A stretch of DNA of 32,000 bases from Opitutales bacterium (GCA_049606355.1 JBMYVL010000003.1:150001-182000); one strand, 5' to 3'. Numbered from the stretch's first letter, positions 20,212 through 31,111 are shown. The notes: generated from the letters alone by a model not told the origin. Numbers and translations are program-made.

Positions 20212-20823
20212 TTAGCTGCGGCGGCGAACTGCAGCGAAGCCAAGTGCAACCACACCCGCAATTACAGCAAACGACGACGGCTCAGGAACAACCGTACCGG
20301 TAATGGCAAAGTTGTCGTAGAGACCGCTTGCGGTAGGTGTGAAGCTATGAGATGCTGATGCAACTCCATCCAGAGAACTCAGATCTACAGTCACCTTATT
20401 GAAGTCCGTAGCTGATCCAGTTGCGGAGTAAGCATAAGTCAACTCCAGACCAGTCAAGTTAGCAGCGCTGAAGTTGAGGGTGAAGGAATCGTTTCCTGTA
20501 AGGGATTGGAAACCTTGCTCAGCGCCACCAAAGTTTTGACTGAATGCCGTGAAACCAGTCGTCGGATCGCTAAAACCGAATGCATCGTTCGCAGCAGTGT
20601 CATTAAAGCTGGCGCTAATGCCAAACTCTGATGTGAAAACAAATGGAGGGTTCGCAGGGGAATGCGTCCAGCTTAGAGTTGCCGCACTTGCTTGAGAACC
20701 CCAGTTAGCACTTGTAGATGCTGCTGCCTGGTTAACCCCATCGAAATCCCATCCAGCAACAAATGACTGCGCGTTCACGGTCAATGCGACTGTAAGAAAG
20801 AAGGTATTGATTAAATTTTTCAT
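20212..20823 (-). CDS. PEP-CTERM sorting-domain protein
   Basis: 203 aa. Signal peptide MKNLINTFFLTVALTVNAQS, a Ser/Thr/Ala/Asn-rich beta-type body, and the canonical C-terminus VPEPSSFAVIAGVVALGFAAVRRRS (PEP motif, TM helix, Arg cluster). Confidence 0.9.
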   Translation of the reverse strand: MKNLINTFFLTVALTVNAQSFVAGWDFDGVNQAAASTSANWGSQASAATLSWTHSPANPPFVFTSEFGISASFNDTAANDAFGFSDPTTGFTAFSQNFGGAEQGFQSLTGNDSFTLNFSAANLTGLELTYAYSATGSATDFNKVTVDLSSLDGVASASHSFTPTASGLYDNFAITGTVVPEPSSFAVIAGVVALGFAAVRRRS

Positions 20824-20859
20824 TATACTCTTTATTTTTTGATAATTTTTACCACTGGA

Positions 20860-22317
<1,458 letters not shown>

Positions 22318-22412
22318 AGTTTGATAGTTAGTTAACCTGAATCATTCAGGTGGGCCTATCATAGAAGAAGAATGTGACAGCCCTAGGGCTTGAGGGTTAC
22401 GAAAAGGTGAAA

Positions 22413-25400
22413 TTAATATTCGTATGAAAAGCTTACCGAATAAACCCTACCCTTCTTGTATTTATCACGCTGTATTTTGCCATACTCCAAACCCTGATCC
22501 CCGGAAGAGACCGACTCATAATAAGTCCCGCGGCTAGAATTCGTCAGATTCTTGGCTGTAAATCCAAACTTCAAGTGATCATTGATACGCTTCGAAAGGG
22601 TAAGATCAAATGACGAATAGGACTCTTCAAACACATCATAAGAGTTTACCAAAGATGTCCCTTTGAGGACATCGCTGATGTGGTAAGCTATCAAAGATAC
22701 ACGCAGCCCCAAATCTTCATTTTCGTAAGTAAGATCACCGCTGAAGATTTCGGAAGGCTGCTGGGTCAACTGACGCGATCGGTAATTATCTAGGTCTTCT
22801 TCGGAAACGAGCACTCCTGCCTTGTCCTTTGCGGCCACCTCTACGGGGAAGCGATCCACCTTGCCGCTAATACGAGTAAAACTTCCTCCAATGCTTAAAT
22901 CCTCTAAACCCGAAAAACCAAGACCCTTCCGAAACTCGATTTCAAAACCCTTGAGTGTAGCTTCGTCGGGGTTATTATACCAACTGTATAGTCCAGCTCC
23001 GATGTTTTGTGAGGAAGCAAAAATCTGGTAGTCGTCGTAATCATCAGAGTCAGACGAATCCGCTCCCAATCCCGCAATACGTTCGATTCGATCAGCAATG
23101 CGCTTCTTGAAAATCCCGACGGAGAGATAATCTCCAGTATCATTGTTGTAGGACCAGCCCATATCCCAATTCTTAACTTTTGAAGGTTGTAGACTCAGAT
23201 TCCCCACCTCCACATCAGTGCCCGCCAGCTCACTGCTGGCGTAAGGTGACACTTCCCGGGCTGACGGCAAAGCAACTGTCTGCGAATAGGATGCTCTGAG
23301 TGAAAATTTCTCGTCCAAGCTTTTACAAATAATCGTTGCCGATGGCAGGAATGATTTTTTGTTATATCCACCCGACAGCGGCTGATTTTCGAAGGGGTTA
23401 TTAAAGCCCGCACCGCGTAAGATGGTCTGACGATTAACTCTGACATCAGCCGAATTATTTTCGTGGCGGTAGCCAGCAATGAACCTGAAGCAGGAGGCAC
23501 CTTCAAATTGATGATCTAGCATCAGATATTTAGCTGTAGACTTAGTCACCAGATCCACATCAGCTGCCACGGCATATCCGGTCGGAACAAGCCCATCAAA
23601 ATTAGACATTGGAGCATTGGTGTTTTCAGAAACAGGTACCACATCGCTAATATATTCGAGCTCTAGGAACTCATCGAATACAGTGCGCCTAGAGTCAGAA
23701 CCCAATACTCCGAGCTTCACTTTAGTTGCCAATCCATCCGAGTGGTCCTCATAGAACGTAAAATCCAACTTTCTGCTGTCTTTCTCATCATTGATGCCTC
23801 GCCAAATTAGGTAGGATGGTTCCGGAGTTGCTGAGGCAGTTGAATTCGTCGACAAAGTGAAATCACCTTCGGCCGATGAAATAATGCCCCTTGTTTGCAA
23901 GTAGCCGGGCTCATCCTGCTTTGCATGATCCGAAGACAGCGCCCAATTAATATCCATGTCCCCCAAAACAAGCCCCGGGACTTCCAACGTGTGCTCGCCG
24001 CTCAACTGAACCCGCTTTAAGCCTCTCTCTACGTAGCGCAGACTCTCTTGGATCTGATAGTCCAGCGAAGATGCCGTGTCGAGCACACCATCTCCATCAG
24101 CATCATAATCAAGTATACTGTCTGCATAATCTGGCTCCCAAATCCCCCTAAACGGAGCCTGATAATAGCGACCATAAACACCCGATGCTCCACGAGCATC
24201 GAGTCGAGCATTAATATCCTCGGATACATTTAGATCGAGTGCCGAAAAGCTAAGCCTGTGCTCATCCGAAAGCTCTAAACCCAGAACAGCAGACAAAGAT
24301 AGGGTTGAAGTAGTTGTAGACTCAGACAAAAGCGCTCTATGATAACCAGTCGCAACTCCAGGATTCACAAAGTTCTTTGGGGTCAATCCACGCTCACTAC
24401 CGGGCTCGACATAACTCCTGAAATAATCCGTATTTTCTATAAATTCTGATGTTCCGGAGTAATTTAGACCAAATGAATAACCCATACGCGGACCGGAGTT
24501 ACCCCAATTATAAACGTCACCAAAACTAAATTTTAATCCATGATTTGGATCCGAATTCTCACCATAATTGTGTTTCGCGATACCCACACTTTCTGAAATC
24601 GCACTTAGCTCCGCAACGCCGGCATCGAAATCTGCCTGCGAAATAAACAAAGCTGGCAGAATGGTTGCGAATTGATCATTGATCGTTTTGTCAAATACGT
24701 TAGGAAATGGCCCCTCCGCTGCACCGCCAGGGAACGCTCTTTTGTCCGCAGCCATCGCCCAGCGATCACGAGAAGTGGCTCGCCGATTCCTCAAGTAGTT
24801 GTTGTTACCCTGTACGTTCGAATTTAAGCCCGCGCTTACCGAAAGTTTTAGGAAAAAATCTTCTGGAATCGGGTTCACTCCCAAATTGATTCCCCCCGTA
24901 GAGGTGCCCTGCTGATCCGGGGTAAAGGTTTTGCTTACTTCAACTGAGCTGAAAAGGGATGTCGGGAACATGTCTAACTGTACAGCAAGCCGATCCGGGT
25001 CAGGACTGGCAATCGGCAGTCCGTTCATCGTGGTCGCCACATAACGGTCACCCAATCCTCGAATAACTGCATATTTTCCACCCTCGACCGAAACCCCAGA
25101 AACCCGTTTAACCGCATCACCGATATCACTAGCGGCGTACTTCGAAAAGTCTTCTGCAGTCATCACACTCAAGGCAGCTGCCGAATTAGCGATGAGATCT
25201 AACTTCATCATCATTTCATTTGCCTGCTGCGCGGTCACGGTAAAATCCTGCAGCTCAAAAACCTCATCCGACATCTCTGCTGGGCGAGGCGGTAATGCGA
25301 ACGCAAATTCATGAACAGTCCCCGATTCAAGCTTGAAATCGGTTATATTTGCTTCGAGGAAGCCTGTTTTCACAAAAGTTAATGTGTAGCTACCCGCGGG

Positions 25401-25793
25401 TGCGGGACCCAACTTATACCGTCCTTCCGCATCGGTGATCGTACCAATAGCAGTGTCCTCGAATAGAATGGCCACTGAAGCTAAGGGCATATTGGTGGAT
25501 TGATCCACCACTTGACCCATCACATAAGCTTCTTCCAAAGGGACACGCTCTGGTGGATTGCTGCGATTCTCAGCGGCAACATCCATGCTTGCTTTACCGT
25601 CTTCAGCCGTAGCCGCTGAGGGCGCCCAATGAGTCGCTCGCAAGGAATCTGAAGAAGCTACTTGCACCATTCGCTGCGACTCTACTTGAGCTTGTAATGC
25701 GTTAGGAATTTCAATCTGTATCGCCGCAACAATATCAAATGAGCTCAGTAAGAGAAATATAGAGAACCAGTTACGAGACGAGTAGGCATTCAT
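22413..25793 (-). CDS. TonB-dependent receptor with N-terminal carboxypeptidase-regulatory-like domain
   Basis: 1126 aa. Signal peptide. CarboxypepD_reg-like segment (GQVVDQSTNMPLASVAILFEDTAIGTITDAEGRYKLGPAPAGSYTLTFVKTGF). TonB-box-like DEVFELQDFTVTA. Plug (DIGDAVKRVSGVSVEGGKYAVIRGLGDRYVATTMNGLPIASPDP). Long beta-barrel ending in ...RVYSVSFSYEY with a terminal aromatic residue. Confidence 0.95.
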   Translation of the reverse strand: MNAYSSRNWFSIFLLLSSFDIVAAIQIEIPNALQAQVESQRMVQVASSDSLRATHWAPSAATAEDGKASMDVAAENRSNPPERVPLEEAYVMGQVVDQSTNMPLASVAILFEDTAIGTITDAEGRYKLGPAPAGSYTLTFVKTGFLEANITDFKLESGTVHEFAFALPPRPAEMSDEVFELQDFTVTAQQANEMMMKLDLIANSAAALSVMTAEDFSKYAASDIGDAVKRVSGVSVEGGKYAVIRGLGDRYVATTMNGLPIASPDPDRLAVQLDMFPTSLFSSVEVSKTFTPDQQGTSTGGINLGVNPIPEDFFLKLSVSAGLNSNVQGNNNYLRNRRATSRDRWAMAADKRAFPGGAAEGPFPNVFDKTINDQFATILPALFISQADFDAGVAELSAISESVGIAKHNYGENSDPNHGLKFSFGDVYNWGNSGPRMGYSFGLNYSGTSEFIENTDYFRSYVEPGSERGLTPKNFVNPGVATGYHRALLSESTTTSTLSLSAVLGLELSDEHRLSFSALDLNVSEDINARLDARGASGVYGRYYQAPFRGIWEPDYADSILDYDADGDGVLDTASSLDYQIQESLRYVERGLKRVQLSGEHTLEVPGLVLGDMDINWALSSDHAKQDEPGYLQTRGIISSAEGDFTLSTNSTASATPEPSYLIWRGINDEKDSRKLDFTFYEDHSDGLATKVKLGVLGSDSRRTVFDEFLELEYISDVVPVSENTNAPMSNFDGLVPTGYAVAADVDLVTKSTAKYLMLDHQFEGASCFRFIAGYRHENNSADVRVNRQTILRGAGFNNPFENQPLSGGYNKKSFLPSATIICKSLDEKFSLRASYSQTVALPSAREVSPYASSELAGTDVEVGNLSLQPSKVKNWDMGWSYNNDTGDYLSVGIFKKRIADRIERIAGLGADSSDSDDYDDYQIFASSQNIGAGLYSWYNNPDEATLKGFEIEFRKGLGFSGLEDLSIGGSFTRISGKVDRFPVEVAAKDKAGVLVSEEDLDNYRSRQLTQQPSEIFSGDLTYENEDLGLRVSLIAYHISDVLKGTSLVNSYDVFEESYSSFDLTLSKRINDHLKFGFTAKNLTNSSRGTYYESVSSGDQGLEYGKIQRDKYKKGRVYSVSFSYEY

Positions 25794-25914
25794 GAGCAGT
25801 CAGTGAAAACTATAGTTGCTGAGTAAGGTGCAGATGCTTGAATCCAGACTACAGCGACGGTGTCTTAAAAATTAATAAAACTGCACGCCTAGATGGTCGG
25901 CATCTTTTCCAGCT

Positions 25915-25932
25915 CAACGCTAAACAGCGTTG
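25915..25932. promoter_or_regulatory. Perfect 7-4-7 palindrome in the TBDR upstream region (candidate operator)
   Basis: CAACGCT AAAC AGCGTTG, about 120-140 nt upstream of the TBDR start at 25793, within a 317-nt leader/intergenic region. Confidence 0.25.
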
Positions 25933-26090
25933 CAGCCGTTAATATCACACCTCCGTAACATTTGGGTGCCTCAAGTTACAAATGAGTCACAAAACCACCA
26001 ATAGTGCGTCGCCTACAGAAAACTGTAACATCGACAGACTAAGTTCAAAGCGATAGCCACATTGCCAACGCTCGCATCCAAATCTGGATC

Positions 26091-26114
26091 CGCTTCTCGC
26101 GACGGTATTTTTAT
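26091..26114 (+). repeat. Right copy of the 24-nt direct repeat CGCTTCTCGCGACGGTATTTTTAT
   Basis: 23/24 identical to 17593-17616. The left hairpin arm is missing here (only CGC is retained). The repeat overlaps the trpA stop codon (TTA at 26111-26113 on the plus strand). Confidence 0.9.
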
Positions 26115-26929
26115 GCGCTCGTTGGCTTCGCTAAAACTGCCGGTGCACACAGTTCCTTAAGCTTAGCACTCAGCGCTGTAGTGATCGCCGCAGAATCACC
26201 TAAATGATGTGCGATACAATTAACGATCGCACTGCCCACCACGACCCCGTCAGCCGCTTGCGCAACCGTTTGCACGTGCTCGGGGGTTGAGATTCCAAAG
26301 CCCACCACTACCGGTCGCTCCGTGTGTTGCTGAATCCCCGCCACGCGCGCCGCAATATCGTCGGCCATCGAAGCCCGTTCACCCGTAACGCCTTCACGCG
26401 AAACGTAGTAAACAAATCCGGTGGTCGCTTGGCAGATCGTCGCGAGTCGCTCATCGGGAGTGGTCGGTGCCACAATAAAGACGGTCTGCAGCGCCTGCGC
26501 CGCACAGGCCGCCAAATGTGCCTGCGCTTCTTCCGGAGGCAGATCCAGGGTGAGCAAGCCATCAACACCCGCTGCCTTGGCCTCTGCCGCGTACGCCTCA
26601 CTGCCCTTGGCAAAAACCAAATTGTAGTAGGTATAAAAAACAATTGGTACTTCACTGAAGCTCCGCACCGCACGTACCAAATCAAGCACGCGCTCCGAAG
26701 TCATTCCGCTCTCCAGGGCGCGCTGCGCAGCGAGTTGATTGGTTAACCCATCCGCCAAGGGATCCGAAAACGGCACGCCCAGCTCGAGAATGTCGACACC
26801 GCTGTCAATCAGGGTGCGACAGGCCGCTACCGAAGTCTCAAAGTCCGGATCTCCGGCACACAAGTAACCGATAAAACACGCGCGGTTTTGTGCATGGGCA
26901 GTGTCAAAGGCAGCAGCGATACGATTCAT
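26111..26929 (-). CDS. trpA: Tryptophan synthase alpha chain
   Basis: 272 aa. ELGVPFSDPLADG, YYNLVF, GFVYYVSREGVTG and VGFGIS motifs, colinear with TrpA. Confidence 0.95.
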   Translation of the reverse strand: MNRIAAAFDTAHAQNRACFIGYLCAGDPDFETSVAACRTLIDSGVDILELGVPFSDPLADGLTNQLAAQRALESGMTSERVLDLVRAVRSFSEVPIVFYTYYNLVFAKGSEAYAAEAKAAGVDGLLTLDLPPEEAQAHLAACAAQALQTVFIVAPTTPDERLATICQATTGFVYYVSREGVTGERASMADDIAARVAGIQQHTERPVVVGFGISTPEHVQTVAQAADGVVVGSAIVNCIAHHLGDSAAITTALSAKLKELCAPAVLAKPTSA

Positions 26930-27012
26930 ACTCTATGGGGATAGCGAAGACGGGAGCGAGGACGCGAGCCTTTTTCACGACCGACCGCGATGGACTTGGG
27001 TCGCGCAACGCA

Positions 27013-27099
<87 letters not shown>

Positions 27100-27202
27100 T
27101 TAAATCGTCAGTGCGTGTTGTGTTGGGTAACGAGCCCACTGTCAACAAAGCAGGTGGTGAAATTGAAAACCCATGCGTCCTGTCGGGCGAATGCCCGCGG
27201 AA

Positions 27203-27215
27203 CCACCACCTGAGC
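27203..27215 (-). repeat. Exact 13-nt copy of the 5' end of tRNA-Leu
   Basis: CCACCACCTGAGC occurs at 27203-27215 and at 27087-27099 (tRNA acceptor 5' strand plus the start of the D-arm). An inverted 9-mer CAGGTGGTG lies at 27151-27159. Confidence 0.85.
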
Positions 27216-27327
27216 CGAACTAAACCCAGCCTCGCTCGACATCACTCAGGCACCCCAGCCAACGCAGGCGCATCCACCGGTGCACTCTGGAGTTGGCGCA
27301 GCTGATATGACTGCCTAGGCTACTGTC

Positions 27328-27864
27328 ATGACCATAGAAGAACGCCTTGAGAAATACCTCGATCAAAGTCCACAAATTCATCCGTCTGCCTATGTCGCAT
27401 CGGGAGCGATCGTCCTGGGTGCAGTACAACTTGGTGCCAATGCCAGTGTGTGGCATGGTGCTGTGCTACGGGCCGACATCAATCAGATCGAGATCGGCGA
27501 GGGCTCCAATGTCCAAGATGGCACGATCCTACACCTTTCCGACGACTATGGGGTCAACATTGGTCGGTACGTAACCATTGGTCATGCGGCCATGCTGCAC
27601 GCCTGCGAAATCGGAGACGAGTGTATGATTGGCATGCAGGCTACGATTTTAGATGGTGCGGTGATCGGTGCGCAATCGATTGTCGGCGCGGGAGCTCTGG
27701 TGACCAAGGGTACCCTGATTCCCCCCGGCTCACTCGTGCTCGGCTCTCCCGCGCAGGTGGTGCGACCGCTGACAGCGACCGCGCGAAGTCAGTTGAAGGC
27801 TTGGGCAGAGAAATATGTGGTGGTCGCGCAGGGGCATAAAACTCGCTTCGGCTCTACGCTGTAA
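27328..27864 (+). CDS. Gamma-class carbonic anhydrase-like / hexapeptide-repeat (LbH) protein
   Basis: 178 aa. PQIHPSAYVASGAIVLGAVQLGANASVWHGAVLRADINQIEIGEGSNVQDGTILH and continued hexapeptide periodicity, typical of the YrdA/CaiE/PaaY family. Confidence 0.85.
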   Translation: MTIEERLEKYLDQSPQIHPSAYVASGAIVLGAVQLGANASVWHGAVLRADINQIEIGEGSNVQDGTILHLSDDYGVNIGRYVTIGHAAMLHACEIGDECMIGMQATILDGAVIGAQSIVGAGALVTKGTLIPPGSLVLGSPAQVVRPLTATARSQLKAWAEKYVVVAQGHKTRFGSTL

Positions 27865-27904
27865 GCTTGCAATCACGCTGAAACTATTTCTTTTAGGGCG
27901 CAAT

Positions 27905-27919
27905 TGAGACAGAATCTCA
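27905..27919. promoter_or_regulatory. Imperfect 7-1-7 palindrome upstream of feoA (Fur-box-like geometry)
   Basis: TGAGACA G AATCTCA, with 5 of 7 arm positions complementary. It matches about 9/14 positions of the 7-1-7 Fur motif TGATAATnATTATCA as I recall it. It lies only 10 nt upstream of the feoA ATG. Confidence 0.2.
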
Positions 27920-27929
27920 GCAAAGTCCG

Positions 27930-28160
27930 ATGTCCGCACGCCTCCACACCATCCAAAAAGACGGCCACTTTCGAGTGCTTCAGCTCAACGGTGCCAATCA
28001 CTGCATCGCGCGCCTGATGACCATGGGGCTCTTACCGGGTCAGGAAATTCGCCTCGTTCATGAAGCGCCACTCGGCGATCCGATTGCGATCGAATTCAAC
28101 GACTGCCAAGTCAGCCTACGGCTGGCAGATGCCGCTGAAATTGAGGTTGAAGCACTCTAA
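27930..28160 (+). CDS. feoA: Ferrous iron transport protein A (FeoA, SH3-like)
   Basis: 76 aa. FRVLQL...ARLMTMGLLPGQEIRLVHEAPLGDPIAIEF pattern. The stop overlaps the feoB ATG (TAATG). Confidence 0.85.
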   Translation: MSARLHTIQKDGHFRVLQLNGANHCIARLMTMGLLPGQEIRLVHEAPLGDPIAIEFNDCQVSLRLADAAEIEVEAL

Positions 28161-30328
28161 TGAGCACCTCCTCAAACTTGCGAATTGCGCTGATCGGCAA
28201 TCCGAACACCGGTAAAACATCATTGTTTAACACGCTGACGGGCTTACGGCAACAGGTCGGCAACTATTCAGGCGTCACCGTCGAAAAAAAGACCGGCTTA
28301 TGGACCCTCCCACAAGGCCAACAAGTCGAGCTCATCGACCTGCCCGGCACCTATAGCTTAAGCGCTGATTCGCTCGACGAGCGCGTCGCTGTCGATGTGT
28401 TGACCGGCAACCAAGACGCACAACCCGCACCGGACTTAATCATTGTGGTGGTAGATGTTGAGAACCTGCGGCGTAATCTCTTTCTCGCCTCACAAGCTTC
28501 TGAGCTCGGAGTACCGATCGTGATTGCCCTGAACTGCTGGGATGTGGCGGAGAAGAAGGGGCTCCAGATTGACAGTCAACTGCTGCAACAACGCCTTGGC
28601 GTGCCGGTCGTGCCGACCGTGGCCAAGCACCGGCGTGGCACCGAGGAGCTGGCCAAAGCGGTGGAAGCTGCCATACCGCTGCGCCCCATGCTGGTACGCC
28701 CACAATGGCCTGAAGCCGTGCAAAAAGCCTTGCAATGCCTGCGTCGCGAATTCGTCGAGCAACGCGGACAGGCCTTGTGCGAAGGTGAACTGCAACGCCT
28801 CTTATTCGACTCCAAAAGTGCGGTGTGTGAACGTCTCACATGCCCAGCCGCCGCCTACGAACCGATCATTAAGGCGACGCGCGACCAATTGTACCGCGAT
28901 GGCTACCAGCCCGATGCTGCCGAGTCACTGTTGCGCTTTCGTTTTCTGAACCCGCTCCTCAATGACATTCTGGAGCGGCAAGCGGCGCTCAAGCAAACCA
29001 GCAAATCTGAGAGTATCGACCAGTTGCTCCTACACAAAGTGTGGGGGCTCGCGATCTTCGTTGCCATGATGTACGTGGTCTTTCAGTCGGTCTACAGCTG
29101 GGCGGGGCCCCTTATGGATTGGATCGAATCGGGCGTCGGCCTTGTCGGTGATTTTGCCGGGGGCTTGTTGGTACAGACACCGATGCTGCAAAGTTTGGTC
29201 GTCGATGGCATCGTCGGCGGCGTGGGCGCCTTCTTGGTGTTCCTACCGCAAATCTTAGTCCTCTTTTTCTTCATCTCCCTACTCGAAGAATCCGGCTATA
29301 TGGCACGCGCGGCCTTTCTGATGGATAAGCTCTTTAGCTGGTGCGGCCTCAATGGCAAAAGTTTCGTCCCCTTACTCTCCAGTTTCGCCTGTGCGATTCC
29401 CGGGATCATGGCAACGCGGACGATCAGTGACCGCAAAGCGCGCACGATTACCATCCTAATCGCGCCACTGATGAGCTGCTCCGCACGACTGCCCGTCTAC
29501 TTGCTCTTGATCGGTGCTTTCGTCGAGCCTGAGTATGGCCCGACCATTGCCGGTATCACGCTCTTCGCGATGCATTTCGTCGGCGCATTGGTCGCGGCCC
29601 CCTTTGCCTGGGCACTCAACAAGGGTCTCAACCAGGGCAAGCAAGCCGAAGCCTTCGTTATGGAGCTGCCGCATTACCGCGTGCCACACATCAAACACAC
29701 CACGCTGCGCATGTATGAAAGTGGCAAGGAGTTCGTCATCCGCGCGGGTACAGTTATCTTTGCCATGACGCTACTGATTTGGGCGCTGCTCTATTTTCCA
29801 CGCCCTGCTGCGATCGAAGACGCTATCCGCGCCGAGGCAGCATCGATCGAGTCCGTCGCAAACAGCGAAGCCCAACTCACGCATGCCGTGGATGCTGCCT
29901 ATCTGGAGCAAAGCTACATGGGCCGCTTCGGTAAATGGGTACAGCCCATCTTCGCACCCGCCGGATACGATTGGAAAATTACCATTGGGGTACTCGCCAG
30001 TTTTCCGGCACGTGAAATCATTGTCTCGACGCTCGGCATCACTTACTCGCTCGGCGGCGATGTGGACGAAAGCTCGGATGACTTACGCACCACGCTAACA
30101 AACGCACACTGGGAGGACGGCCCGCGCGCCGGAACCCCGGTGTTCAATCTTCCCGTGGCACTATCCATTATGGTCTTTTTTGCGTTGTGCATGCAATGCG
30201 GTGCCACCCTTGCAGTGATTGCCAAGGAGCTTCATTGGGGATGGGCGATCGCCAGCTTTTGCACCCTCACAACCGTGGCATGGATCGCTGCGGTACTGGT
30301 TTACCAACTCGGCATGTGGCTTGGCTAA
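28160..30328 (+). CDS. feoB: Ferrous iron transporter FeoB (G-domain plus membrane permease)
   Basis: 722 aa. G1 motif LIGNPNTGKTSLFN, DLPGTYSL and NCWD G-motifs, then a polytopic membrane domain containing the conserved gate motifs. Confidence 0.95.
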   Translation: MSTSSNLRIALIGNPNTGKTSLFNTLTGLRQQVGNYSGVTVEKKTGLWTLPQGQQVELIDLPGTYSLSADSLDERVAVDVLTGNQDAQPAPDLIIVVVDVENLRRNLFLASQASELGVPIVIALNCWDVAEKKGLQIDSQLLQQRLGVPVVPTVAKHRRGTEELAKAVEAAIPLRPMLVRPQWPEAVQKALQCLRREFVEQRGQALCEGELQRLLFDSKSAVCERLTCPAAAYEPIIKATRDQLYRDGYQPDAAESLLRFRFLNPLLNDILERQAALKQTSKSESIDQLLLHKVWGLAIFVAMMYVVFQSVYSWAGPLMDWIESGVGLVGDFAGGLLVQTPMLQSLVVDGIVGGVGAFLVFLPQILVLFFFISLLEESGYMARAAFLMDKLFSWCGLNGKSFVPLLSSFACAIPGIMATRTISDRKARTITILIAPLMSCSARLPVYLLLIGAFVEPEYGPTIAGITLFAMHFVGALVAAPFAWALNKGLNQGKQAEAFVMELPHYRVPHIKHTTLRMYESGKEFVIRAGTVIFAMTLLIWALLYFPRPAAIEDAIRAEAASIESVANSEAQLTHAVDAAYLEQSYMGRFGKWVQPIFAPAGYDWKITIGVLASFPAREIIVSTLGITYSLGGDVDESSDDLRTTLTNAHWEDGPRAGTPVFNLPVALSIMVFFALCMQCGATLAVIAKELHWGWAIASFCTLTTVAWIAAVLVYQLGMWLG

Positions 30329-30354
30329 ACGCTACCTTGGGCTAAACTTAAGGT

Positions 30355-30537
30355 ATGCATTTAAACACGGTACATCAGTTCGCACACACACTGCCCACGA
30401 TCGATGCGGTGCTCGTAGCGGTGCTGCTCGGCGCCGCCGTCGTGTGGCTGATTAACCACTTTCGCCCGAACACAAAAACTCGCAGCTGCGGCTGCCCGCA
30501 GAAACATTGTGCGCGGCCTTCCGAGCGAGCGGAGTGA
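30355..30537 (+). CDS. Small FeoB-associated Cys-rich membrane protein (candidate)
   Basis: 60 aa. One TM helix (AVLVAVLLGAAVVWLINHF) followed by a basic stretch and SCGCPQKHC. It lies 26 nt downstream of feoB. This matches my recollection of the FeoB-associated Cys-rich membrane protein family. The short ORF makes the call tentative. Confidence 0.55.
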   Translation: MHLNTVHQFAHTLPTIDAVLVAVLLGAAVVWLINHFRPNTKTRSCGCPQKHCARPSERAE

Positions 30538-30625
30538 GCTGCTAGTAATTTGTAAATCGACCTTTTGAGTTCGCTCTCCGCGGCGCTGAGTTTATATTAA
30601 GCATAACACTTAGCCACGGCCAGCA

Positions 30626-31087
30626 ATGCTCTCAAAACCTCTCACCGACTATTGCCACAAGCTCCTTAGGATTGGCGTCCAGCAGCTCGGATTACCGCTC
30701 GGCATCGTCAGTCGTGTGTACAACGGTAATTATCAAATCATTGCCATCAATTCTGCGGCGGGTGTTTTGAAAGAAGGAGCGGTTTTTCCAATTGGGCAAA
30801 CCTACTGCCGCGAGGTCGTCCAGACCGGACAAGTGGTAACACTGACTGAAATCGATGGGGTTCGCGGCTTAAAAAAGCATCCGCTCTACATCCGCATGCC
30901 GCTCGAGGCCTACATCAGTGCGCCTATTTTTCACGACGGTGTGGTTTGGGGCACGATTAATTTCACCTCGATGCAAGTTCGCCCCCCTTTCCGCGCAACA
31001 GACATCGAGTGCGTCACCCAACTTGCCGATCACATTGCCAGCTACTTGGATCAAATGGAAGCTCCGCGCGGCTATGGAGCCGCTTAA
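30626..31087 (+). CDS. Stand-alone GAF-domain protein
   Basis: 153 aa. GIVSRVYNGNYQIIAI...GQTYCREVVQTGQVVTLTEID...HPLY...LEAYISAPIFHDGVVWGTINFTS is a GAF-like sensory fold pattern with no output domain. Confidence 0.7.
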   Translation: MLSKPLTDYCHKLLRIGVQQLGLPLGIVSRVYNGNYQIIAINSAAGVLKEGAVFPIGQTYCREVVQTGQVVTLTEIDGVRGLKKHPLYIRMPLEAYISAPIFHDGVVWGTINFTSMQVRPPFRATDIECVTQLADHIASYLDQMEAPRGYGAA

Positions 31088-31111
31088 GTGATCGGTTTTG
31101 CAGCAGAGAGC

